Part shown: positions 43,001 through 54,211 of the stretch, piece by piece | Position numbering within the stretch: position 1 is the first letter of the stretch | How the letters are laid out: every line of letters begins with the position of its first letter | NCBI GenBank assembly: GCA_021613535.1 | Contig: CP075497.1 | Coordinates: forward strand, 1,550,001 to 1,614,000 | Length of the DNA: 64,000 nt | Origin: Adineta vaga | Lineage: Eukaryota; Animalia; Rotifera | Direction: 5' to 3' | Program-made: the position numbers and the translations under genes | Notes under the pieces: generated by a model | Told to the model about the DNA's origin: nothing | Seen by the model: only the letters and a program-made list of their open reading frames with translations | The model's database searches: none

Positions 43001-46000
43001 TGATGAACATCATTTTCATTTAAAATAACATGAGATTTAAATACACTTTCATTTGTAATTGAACCAAAAATTCGTTCATTTAAATTTAATTTCACTTGTG
43101 AACCTTTTCGAATGATAATTCCCGAAAAATCAGCACCCATAATTTCATCCCTATCATACTGATCTTCTTTACCACGAATATATGGATGTAAACCCTGAAC
43201 TTTTAACATATCACGAAAATTCATACTAACACAATGAATACGAATTTCAATTTCAGTTGGTAAAAGAGTTTTTGAATTATTTGTTTGATGAATCCATTGA
43301 AGATCGGATATATGACGAGATTTGGGAATTTCTAATTGAAATCGATGTTGATCAATATCTTCTTTAGGAAGGATTTCTTTTTGTTCAAGTGAATTCCAAT
43401 TATCATATTTTGATGATTCAATAAATGAATATTCAGGAATAAATTTTTCAATCTTATTATTATAATAACGTAGAAGAATTTCTTCATTTGGAGAAGAATT
43501 TGTAATTAAATTGAATTCTTCGATTAATATTTCAAGAAAATCAGTTGATAAATGAGAAAATTGTAAATCAATTAATTTCATTCGATTAGTTTTATATTCA
43601 TTTATAATCGATCTTGCAAAACCAATAATTGGTGATTGAATTAAATTAAAATTTTCTTGCGAATATTTTTTATTATTCATTGGTTGAGAATTTTCTGTAA
43701 GAACAAATATATTTGGATAATTATCAAATTGAAGTTGATAAATTGTTTGTAAAATATGCATTAATGTTCCACATCCGATTTGTTCTTGTGATTGAAAAAC
43801 TAAATCATTTGTTGAATTAAAATCTGGTAAATCAATTGACCAATTAAATAAAATATTTAATACGGAATTTTTCGAAAGAGATTTTAATTGAATTATATTT
43901 TGAATAGTTGAAATATCATTAATAAGAATTTGTTCGAATGAATTGTTATCGATTGAAATTTTCATGGGTGTTAAATAAATAAGTGTAATATTTTCATTTT
44001 TAACTTCATGTTTTAGTAAAAGATCAGCTATTTGTTTTCCAAGATGAAATTTTTGATCGGAAAAAATTATCCAAAATTCTTCGATAGTTTTGCTTTGAGA
44101 AATTTCATTTGAAGGTAAATCCGTTAATTTCCATGATTGATAGGCACAAAAGTGTTCAATTAAATCATTTACTGGTACAATTTTCTTGGGATTATTATTA
44201 AATATCGAGCTACTTTCTCCAATTTTGCCAATAATTGATTTTGAATGACTTTTATTTGGAAAATTTTGTAATTTAAATCCACGAAATGTCATAATTGATG
44301 ATAATAACGATGAATTTTGACTAAATAAAAGAATATCTGTAGTAAAAGTTGTGTCTGATGTAATTCCTTTGATCGATTTGTGTAATGATTGTGCAACATA
44401 GAATTTTGTATTGATTTGTTCAAGAATTGAAACAAAACTTGTTTTTCTATTAAATAAAATAATTTCATCGATTGAAATTGGTACAAATGTATCGGAAAAA
44501 TATCCGGGAAGAAATGAAAATATTCCATGAAAACAACCATCTAATAATGCTGGATGACAAATGTATTGATCTTTCTTGAAATTTTCTTCTTGAAAAAGTT
44601 TCGATGGAATTCTCATTTCGGATAATGCTTCATATTCATATCGATATAAATTTTTCAATGATTGAAATTGTGGACCATAGGAAATTCCATTAGCTGAAGA
44701 ATATTTATAGAAACTTGCAACATCATTTTCATTATTAATTAGAATTTGTGATTTGTTATTCTTTGATGGTAATAAACGAGTTAAAATTGATTCATAATCA
44801 TATTTTGAATTGATTAATAATGTATCAAATTTTAAATTAATTGAACCACGACAATTTAATGTCCATTCTTTTGATGAATATTTATGTAAAATATCTTCAT
44901 CATTAAATGCTGTTATGATATCATTTCCACTAATACCAGAAAGACGTATTGAATCATTGGGAGATTTTCGACGACTATAAATATAAAATTCTTTGAATGG
45001 CATGATGATAACTGTTTCTAAATGAATTGTTTCATCAGGATTTAAATAAAGTCCATGAAGAAATTGAATATTTTGTAAAGTAATTGATTGTTGATCGGAT
45101 GAAATATTTTGTAAAAGTTGATTGAGAGCAGAAATAATAAGTTCAATAAAAGCAGCAGCAGGAAATAAAATTTCACCATGAACTTGATGATCATTTAGAT
45201 AAGATAGATCATTGGAATTATTATTTAAAGTTAAAAGATTTTTCCATGTAGGTGTTTGTCTTTCATTATGCCATAAACGATAACCAAGTAATGGATGATG
45301 TTGTTTTTTAATTGCTCGTCGAGAAAAAACTGAATCTTTTGTTTCATACCAATAGATTTGATGATTAAATGAATAATTCGGTAATGTATCAAGAAACGAA
45401 TCGATTGTTTTGAATATTGAATTTGTTTTTAAGGTTAAAAGAAGTTGATAATTAATAGAAGAATTTAAAAATGTCTTCCAATGATTTAAATGTGAATTTA
45501 ACGAACATAATGATAATAACATTGTTTGTTGTTCATTTTGTTTTCGTTTAAGTGAAGGAACAACTAATGGAGTTTGATTTAATTCTCGTGCACATTCAGG
45601 AATAGCTGCTGAAAGAACAGGATGTGGAGAGATTTCAAGAAATATTGGTGTCATATTAGAATCTTTGCTATCATTCAATATTGTTTGTATTCCTTGATTA
45701 AATAAAACAGCATTTCGAACATTTTTCCACCAATATTCTCCATCAAAATTCAAATGATCAGCACGTGTTCCAGTTACTGTTGAATAAAGAATTGCATTTG
45801 AACATCGTTCATCAAATTCATTCGGTTTTCCGTCACCTTTAATATGAGAAAGTGATTGAAGAAGTTCTTCACGAATATTAAATCGTTCCATTTGTTTTGT
45901 ATGAAATGCATTTTGAATTTTTAACCATGTTTTAAAAACTGTTGGTTGTGTTGCTGAAAGATGATCATAAATAGTTTTCAATGCATTTTCATCTCCACCT

Positions 46001-48298
46001 AATGTTACTGATTTTGGACTATTAATTGCAGCTATTTGAACTTGTTCTTTTACATCAAATATTATGTCATTTGCATCAGCTTCACTAAGAAATAATGCAA
46101 GCATTCGGCCACCTTTATTTGTATTATAATTTTGTACACGAGAACGATGATAAATGATTTCAACAGCTTCTCGTAATGTTAAACGACCAGCAACATATGC
46201 AGCTGCTATTTCACCAACTGAATGTCCAATAATTGTTGTCGGATAAATTCCCCATGATAACCATAGACTTGTTAATGCTATTTGTATTGCTAAAATGGAT
46301 GGTTGAGCAATATTTGTGAAATGTATTTGTGAATCTTCTTCTTTTTTTGGTTCAATTAATTCTTTTAAAATTGAAAATGAATTATTTGAAACAGATAAAA
46401 ATTCTGCATCTAATTTTTCAATCCAATGACGAAAAACAGGTTCATTTGAATACAATTCACGTCCCATTGCCCACCATTGTGGACCTTGACCACTATAGAC
46501 AAAACAAATATTGAAATTCAATTGATTTTCCATTGAAATTTTTGATTGAGAAAGGAGAACACCTGGAATATTGATTTCATCTGATAAATATGATTTTAAT
46601 TGATTTTCAAATTGTTTCAAATTTGAAAATATAAATGATAATTGATGTGAAAAATTTGTTGTTCGTTTTAATAAAATTTTTTCTGATAAAGAAGTAAGAA
46701 AGAATTGTTCAGATGTTTCAAGAAAGTCTTTTGGAATTGTTAAAATCCATTTTGAAAAATTTTCCATTTGATTTTTTAATGATTGAGAACATTTAGCTAA
46801 ATAATTATAGAAAAGTTTTTCTTTTGAAAAATTATTCAATATTTTCTTACCAGAAAATGTTAATACAAAAGTTTGTTTGAATGTTTTCATTTGATTTTTA
46901 ATTGATTTTAACGAACAAATTGAAGTATTGTTTTCATAATATTCATTTAAATGATTTTCTGACCATTCTGTTACAATAGCATGAGCAGTATTTCCACCAA
47001 TACCAAAATTATTAATTCCAACAGTTATTAATTGTTCAGGAAAGTTAACAAGATGATTAACAATATGTAAATTATATTTTTCTGCATGAATTTTTGGATT
47101 TAAACGAGTAAAATTCATATTGGGTGTTATCATTCGATATTTCATACATAATGCAATTTTAATTAATGATGCAATGCCTGCAGTACCTTCTGTATGACCA
47201 ATAACACTTTTAACCGAACCAATTAATAAGGGTGAATTGTACGGAGAACGATTAAAAAAATGTCCGATTGTATTTGCTTCAATTGGATCACCAACTTGTG
47301 TTCCTGTTCCATGACCTTCGATATAAAATATTTGATTTAAATCAATCTTATTTCGTGTATAGATTTCTTTGAGAAGAAGATTTTGTCCATAGCTTGATGG
47401 AACATTATAACTTAGTTTGCCTTCATTACCAATGTGAAACCATCACATCACGAATAACACAATAGATTTTATCTTGATCACGAATTGCATCACTTAACCT
47501 TTTCAAAAGAATTAAACCAACTCCTTCAGCTAAAATTTAAAACAAAATACATTGAGAAATGAGAAATAAGTTCGATTTACCTTTAGCATAACCATTTGCA
47601 TCATCACTATAAGCTCGTGATCTTCCATCTGGTGAAACAGCACCAGTAATTAATGAAACGAAGAAACTTTCCGGAGTATAATTCAAATTACTTGCACCAG
47701 CTACAGCAAAATCTACTTCGCCATTTCGTAAACTTTGAATAGCAAGATGAGTAGCTTGAAGTGAAGATGAACAAGCTGTATCCATCGTAAGATTAGGTCC
47801 ATGTAAATCAAAATGATAAGAAATTCGAGCAGAAGCATTATATAAACCTAAATTAGGTCCTAAGAGATTGGATTGTTCTTCAACTTTTGAACGTTGAAAT
47901 GTTGTCGAATGATCAGTAGTAAATTGTCCAATATAAACAGCTGTTCGACTTCCTTTAATTTGATCAACAGGATAATTAGCATCTTCAAGTAAATGAACGA
48001 ATTTTTCAAGTAAAATTCGATGACATGGATCCATTGACATAGCTTCACCATCTGTTATACCAAAAAATGCTGGATCAAAATTGTGAAGTTGATCATTGTT
48101 AAGAAAATAACCATTTCGTATTAATGATTTCTTTGAATTGTAATATGGAGCAAATGAATCCACATTGAAACGTTCTTCAGGAATCGTACTACCTACATCA
48201 ATACTATTCTTAAGAACTTTCCAAAATGATTCAGGTGAATCGATTCCACCAGCAAACGTACATGAAATACCAACCATTGCAATTGGTTCAATAGTCAT
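40085..48298 (-). CDS. Single-module type I polyketide synthase KS-AT-DH-ER-KR-ACP-TE, about 2,680 aa; frameshift in KS near 47431
   Basis: Exons 48298-47581, 47529-46851, 46796-42276, 42216-40085. [24 protein letters not shown]; AT GQGPQW, GHSVGE, NAFH; [13 protein letters not shown] and HPALLDG; [12 protein letters not shown]; [22 protein letters not shown]; ACP GMDSL; TE GYSFGG and GTH. In exon 2, VSH-W-stop replaces the expected VSHDGNEGK. Confidence 0.93.
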
Positions 48299-48400
48299 TT
48301 TTATATTTGATGAATTTTGAATAGTTATTGTATTTATAAATTCCTATTCGGTTGAGAATAGATATTCTATTGAAAGAGAACTCGAGTATTTATAGTAATT

Positions 48401-48587
48401 ATCTTGTACAAAGGGAAATTTATTTCGGTCAAAGATTTCGAATCGAATAAGTCAATCCCATTATCTGGGTCGTTTCTTATTCCCAAAGAAAACCCATGAA
48501 ACACATTGGGATGACGATAATCTGATCCTACGTGCGTTGAAATGGGAGAAAATTGTTGCCTTATTTCTTTTCTTTCCTTCCTTCCAA
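48401..48587. promoter_or_regulatory. Copy 2 of the ~185-bp element, about 100 bp upstream of the PKS start codon
   Basis: Shares long runs such as GATTTCGAATCGAAT, GTCAATCCCATTAT, TTCCCAAAGAAAACCCATGAAA, GATGACGATAATCTGATCC and ACGTGCGTTGAAATGGGAGAAAAT with 36659-36840. Confidence 0.7.
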
Positions 48588-49174
48588 GTGCTTTATCTAA
48601 CCGACTTCTCAACTCTTATTGAATCAAACCCTTTTCTTTTCGACTTACTTTACATTTTAAACAGATGAAAGATTTAGTTAATTCTCTCGAAATAATTGAA
48701 GAATATTGATAGATTATATCCGTTACAAAGCATGCATTTTCCATTCGTCTTTCGGCAACTTAAATGATTAATCAATTAAAATGTATTTCAAATAGTTTTA
48801 TGAATTTAATATACTGAAATTTTTCCTTTCTTCATTAGACAAAGATATTCTTAGACCAATTTTCCCATAAAATCAATCATTTTCGATAACACTTGAATAT
48901 TTTTTGAAAAAGTTTCATGTGAAATGATAAACTAAAAATTCTTTCTCATTTTATGGTTTTCGCTTATCTATCCTCATACAAATAGAATCATAATCTGAAG
49001 GGTATCTGTTTTTGAAATCATTAGTAAAATTAAGAAATGTATTTATTTCAAAGATTTGGGAATTACAGGTTTCGAAAATATTATATTAAAAAGAAAATGA
49101 TAATTATTGAGAACTATTTTGATCGACTTCAGAAAAGCAGTTGAAATAGATTTTTAAAATGCTTAAAACTTATA

Positions 49175-49431
49175 CTAATTGTAGTGACATAATGAAAAAT
49201 GACCGTCGTGACAAAATCCTTCTGCAAATCCAAGCCGACGGCAGCATTCCAAAAGAGGAGCATCACCATAACCTGTACGGTATTTTCGGCAGCGATCTTG
49301 ATAATATTGCGTCGAGATCATTTCAATAGCTATTAAATATAACAACAAATAAATCATCTATGATTACGACCTGTTGACTACAATGACTTACCCATAGTTA
49401 ATATAAGAACAAGAAGAAGTAAACGATCTAT
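49175..49431 (-). pseudogene. Diapausin-like peptide copy A; start codon reads ATA and one Cys is Tyr
   Basis: Exon 1 ATA GAT CGT TTA CTT... mirrors ATG CAT CGT TTA CTT of copy B. Mature QYYQDRCRKYRTGYGDAPLLECCRRLGFAEGFCHDGHFSLCHYN has 5 Cys. Confidence 0.6.
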
Positions 49432-49527
49432 GATGATATTGTAGCTTTGTATAATGATACGAAAGTTAGGTGAAGTGAGAATGAAATGCAATCAACAATA
49501 TATATCTAAAAGTTTTCTAGAAACATG

Positions 49528-49539
49528 GGGAATATTCCC
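49528..49539. promoter_or_regulatory. kappaB-like palindrome GGGAATATTCCC in the bidirectional spacer of the peptide pair
   Basis: Perfect 12-bp palindrome resembling Rel/NF-kB sites; binding is inferred, not shown. Confidence 0.45.
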
Positions 49540-49759
49540 TGAGTTATAAGTTTGTTTTTATCAAAATGGAAGTGTCTCATCGAGATAGCATATTGTACAT
49601 AATACCAGATACAGTATTATCTTCTTTTTCCCATCCTCATCTTACAACACGATAAAGATATATCTTTATATCTTGAGAGTATGGATGAGATGTTGCTGAT
49701 TGGATTTCACTCTCACTTCACTTAACTCTCGTATCATTATACAAAACTACAATATCATC

Positions 49760-50007
49760 ATGCATCGTTTACTTCTTTTTCTTCTTGTATTAACTATGGG
49801 TAAGTCATAGTGTTCAACAAAACATTATTATAGATGATTTATGTGTTGTTATATTTAATAGCTGTTGGAATAATTATGGCACAAAATTATGAACCTGCTT
49901 GCAATACTCCTTGTAGAACTGGTGGTCATGTTCCAACATGCTGCCGAAGCCATGGATACAGAGGAGGATGGTGTAACGGTGCTCGCTTTGCAGTCTGTTA
50001 CAACTAG
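49760..50007 (+). CDS. Diapausin-like antifungal peptide precursor, copy B (absent from the ORF track)
   Basis: Exons 49760-49799 and 49862-50007: MHRLLLFLLVLTMAVGIIMA|QNYEPACNTPCRTGGHVPTCCRSHGYRGGWCNGARFAVCYN. Pattern C-x3-C-x8-CC-RSHG...C-x7-C matches beetle diapausin (C-x3-C...CCRAHG...C...CN). Confidence 0.8.
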
Positions 50008-50580
50008 TAATCACATCGCAAAGCATTCGTAATCATTCTATTTTATCTTTCTTTCTTTCTTTCTTTCTTTTTGAAGAGAATCACTTTAGACCTCCCATTG
50101 CTTATTATCCTTGTCTTTAGTTAAAACTCTCAAAGCTTGTAATTTTTAATTCTTCAAATAAAAACGATATCTTGATTGTGTCCACCTAATTCTTTTTTCT
50201 TTCAATCATATTTGATTCTATTCAATATTGTAACAGATGTCATTGAAACTTTCTAGATTGAAATCTGTCTGAATTTACCGATCTACAAAGTTACCATTTT
50301 CAGTACGTTTTCGATTTTGTCACTATAGTTTTGATTCCTTCATAAGATATATTTAGACAGTTACAGATGTCGTCTTTTCATCAAGTTTAAATTAGAAAAT
50401 AAACTCGAATATTTATCACAAATTCTGATTTTTTCATCGAACATCTGTAAAAAAATGTCTCAAATTAATTAATAATTATAACAACATTTCCATTGGTTCG
50501 CCTTTTTATGCCATCATATCACATCGATCGAGTACGTACGAGTAAATGAAAGAATATTATTTTACATAATTTACATCAAA

Positions 50581-51280
50581 ATGAGCGGCGATATGGGTGG
50601 TGTTTTACAATTTTTACTTTATGTTGGTCAAGCAAAACGAACATTTCGTACAGGTTGGGTTTTACGTGGTGTTGAAAAAGTTGAAAGTGTTGCTGATCAT
50701 ATGTATCGAATGGCTGTTATGTCACTTTTATTACCAAATATTAGTGAAGAATCCAAGACTCGTTGTATGAAATTAGCACTTGTACATGATTTAGCTGAAT
50801 CTGTTGTTGGTGATCTAACTGAATTTGATGGAGTACAAAAAAATGAAAAACATCGACGTGAAGGTGAAGCGATGCTTTATTTAACAAGTTTATTACCAGC
50901 TGATGTTGGAAGAGAAATCTTTTCATTGTTTAATGAATATTCTGAACAAAAAACAAATGAAGCGAATCTTGTTAAAGATTTAGATATATTTGATATGCTT
51001 TTACAAGGTATGTGATGAATTCTTTTTTCATATAGAAATAAACAAAAGAAAATATTCGATCTGTTTAGCATTTGAATATGAAAAACTTCAATGTAACGAT
51101 GGATTTTTGGAAGATTTTTTTCAAAGTTCTGCTAGTAAAGTAAAAACAGATATTGTTCAAAAATGGCTTGAACAATTAATGAAATGTCGATCATTAGGAG
51201 GACAATTTCAATTACCTGCTGATTCGAATTTGAATACAATGTTGAAACATGTTCTTTATGATGAACAAGGTTTGTTTTAA
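50581..51280 (+). CDS. HDDC2: HD domain-containing protein 2 (5'-deoxynucleotidase)
   Basis: RTGWV, ESVADHMYRMA, LALVHDLAESVVGDLT, VKDLD, QAFEYEK; one short intron near 51008-51068. Confidence 0.9.
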
Positions 51281-51982
51281 TGAATATGAAATATAAAAGA
51301 ATTGAATTGTTTTTTTTTAGGAACATTTTTACACAAACTTCCATCAAATGAACTTCGAGAAAAGTCGGATCGTTTTATTTCGAGTCTAAATAAAGATGAA
51401 AGTTCAACATCTGTTATTAATACAAATGATTTATTGACAAATCTAGTCAAAGGATTTCAACATTAAACAATTACAACTCTCCATTTTTCTTCCTATTCAT
51501 AAAAATCAACGAATTTAAATTAGATAGGATTTTCTTTTGCTTATATAAACCGTTTACTTAGTGATGTTATATATCGTTTTGTTTTTTATACAATATTGGA
51601 TGATTTTTTTATTCTTGCAAAAAAAATAAAAACAACATTAAATATGAAGAGTTTTTTTTCATCTGGTGACATCAGAGAAATATACTAATCGAGATAAGAT
51701 GAAACATGAACAACACGTAGTCTAAATGAAATATTTAGTGATAAGAATAGAAAGTATAACGATTAATCTCAGAAATGATTCAGTAGAAGATAAATGTTTT
51801 CTTTTCTGTTCTTCTCGTTGAAAGAGAAAAAGAAAAGATTGTTTATGATGTACACGTGTCAACTGATCATTTGTTTGACGCTTTCAGCCAAGTGTATGAT
51901 GTTTTCTTTTCCTTAACGTATATTATAAAAACGTATTTTTTATATTTCAGATTGTTGTTATTGACAAAAAAACATTATCAAA

Positions 51983-52689
51983 ATGGGTTTCTCAACTCTT
52001 CTTTCATTGAAATCCATGATTTCTCTTGTGGTTTTATTAATCGCCACTGGAATTGGATCATTTCTTTATTTAACCATTGATACAGATTTCGAAGCACAAC
52101 TTAAAACAGCAGTTCGTTCTGCTCCTTCATCTAAAAGCTTTCCAACTGAAGACATCGGTCATATAATCAATAGTGCTCGTGAAGCATGGTCAATTGTTAA
52201 TAAAAAGTAAATGATTTTCATGAACTTTTTTTTAATGTTTAATTTTAATTCTTTAGTCGAGCTGTTGTTGATGTTCAAACTTCTTATGGAAATGTTCTTC
52301 CTTCACATATAACTGATCCATTTGAACTTCAAAGTTGGTCATCACCACCTGCTTCACATACATTTACTGTTAATGTTTATAATCGTTTAAAACAACGTGT
52401 TCTTCAGTTTACTTATTCACTTCAATTTACTTATGGTGGTTCATTAGATGGTAAAGGTGCTTATTTAGATCGTGTTACTATTATTCCATCACGTATATCA
52501 GTTGCATGGGCTTATGTATTTAATGCAAGTGTTAAAATAGAATCTATACATAATGTTGGTACACGTGATGAACCAATCGCTGCTGCACATGTTGAATTAC
52601 ATTATCGATTAGCTGGATTGAATACAGTTGAACGAACAGAATCTTTCCATGTTCGCGGTGATGGAAAATATGTTCATTTAACCAATTAA
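51983..52689 (+). CDS. Uncharacterised signal/anchor-bearing protein: amphipathic helix plus beta-rich domain; microbial-looking
   Basis: Exons 51983-52206 and 52257-52689: ...IGHIINSAREAWSIVNKNRAVVDVQTSYGNVLP...LQSWS...FTYGGSLDGKGAYLDRVTIIP...VAWAYVFNASV...NVGTRDEPIAA...FHVRGDG. Confidence 0.75.
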
Positions 52690-54211
52690 TTTCATGTGAT
52701 ATCTTTTATATTGAAACTTTATTTACAGAGTAATAAACTAAACGACAAATCTTTGAAAAAAAATAATCTATTTCATAGAATCAAACAAAAGATTTCATAA
52801 TTCATTACGCCAAATAAAAGGATTCTTTGTTCAATATCACAAATCATTTGATGTATATAACAAATATTAACTTTGATTTTGTCAATAATCTTGTGTATTT
52901 TAAAATGATTAATTATATAAATAAAATAAAGGAGGAGAACTTAAAAGACCAGACACATCAGCCCATTGTATTTGTTTATCCAGGACGCTTAGAAAACTAT
53001 ATAGGTCGATAGATTTGTATCGTGCTTTTGATAACTTTTCTGCCATAGTCTACACGACGCTTAGTATTTCGACAGAATACCTGTTTTCGATCTTTTTATC
53101 AGAAATAGATATTAATTAGATCTTTCATCTAGCATGACCTGGAGTTATTTTTGAAGAACTATAACTTAACTTAGAGTTACACCATAAATTCAAGTCAAGT
53201 GTTACAGTAAATCTAATTGAATTACTTCATAAAGGGCGATTGACTTCTCTAGAGAAAGCATTTTTAAATGTTCATTGATTCATTTGAATCATATATAGAT
53301 ATTGATCATACTGATCAACAAACATATCAGTAAGTGTAGATAATAATCAATAAAACTATATCTTGATATTTTTTTTTCAATTTTAGTTTCTTCATGACAG
53401 ATAATCTAGAAACTCATGAGATCATCAATCAAATTGGAAAATTATTTCTCGAAGATCATGAACAAACTGATCTTAAAGAAAAATTGAACCTCTTAAAAGA
53501 CTAAGTAAAGAAATGCAAACAATGTCATATCTTATTCTGTCTTTTATAGAACTTAAAGACGAGAAAAAAGCATTGAAATATGACTAACAATAAATGAATT
53601 AACTAAATGAAAAAAAGTACATCGAACAAATTAGCAAGAAATTCAAAAATGAATCTATATCAAGTCGAATACTCCCTTTTTTTCATTTCTTTAGAAACAA
53701 GTACGTACATACTCTTATTTTAATTGATTATATTTACAACACTTTCATTTTTAGCTTTTGTTTTCCTGTGTGAACAATATTCACTGGTTTGTTTTAGAAA
53801 ATAAACGTGTAACTAATCTCATCTTTTCAATGTATCGATTATGTTCGGAAAATAATCTTAATTCATATTTATTCAATGTTGTACAAATAAATCAAAATTG
53901 ATTTTAGTTGTCGCAATCATCAAAAGATAGATTTTATATATAGAATGATATTCTTCAAATTGTCATCCAAAATTGCTCAGAATTAGATAATAGAAATCTA
54001 AATACGATATTATAAAAGCATACACTATCAATTTTTTCGTTTTAGATAAGCACGTGGATAAATGCATGTGTTAAGTGATTCAGTTCATTTCTTTCTTTTT
54101 CATAGTATTTAAGTCTATGTGTATAGTCGACTAACTTATCTATATCTAAAGAAAAGATTTTCATTTATTTGTTGTCTAACATCAGTGATACATATCAATT
54201 GAATAACTAGA

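Noticed and set aside
40085-48298. PKS as bacterial contamination or as animal fatty acid synthase
   Set aside because: It has spliceosomal introns, host-like base composition and metazoan neighbours. Motifs (GQGPQW, HPLLG, HPALLD, NRPS/PKS-type TE) look PKS-like rather than FAS-like, though a phylogeny is needed to settle it.
48367-48612. 81-aa ORF overlapping the shared upstream element
   Set aside because: Non-ATG start, no recognisable motifs, and indels in the other copy do not preserve the frame.
50581-51280. HDDC2 as a member of the PKS cluster
   Set aside because: Ordinary conserved eukaryotic housekeeping nucleotidase with no shared upstream element.
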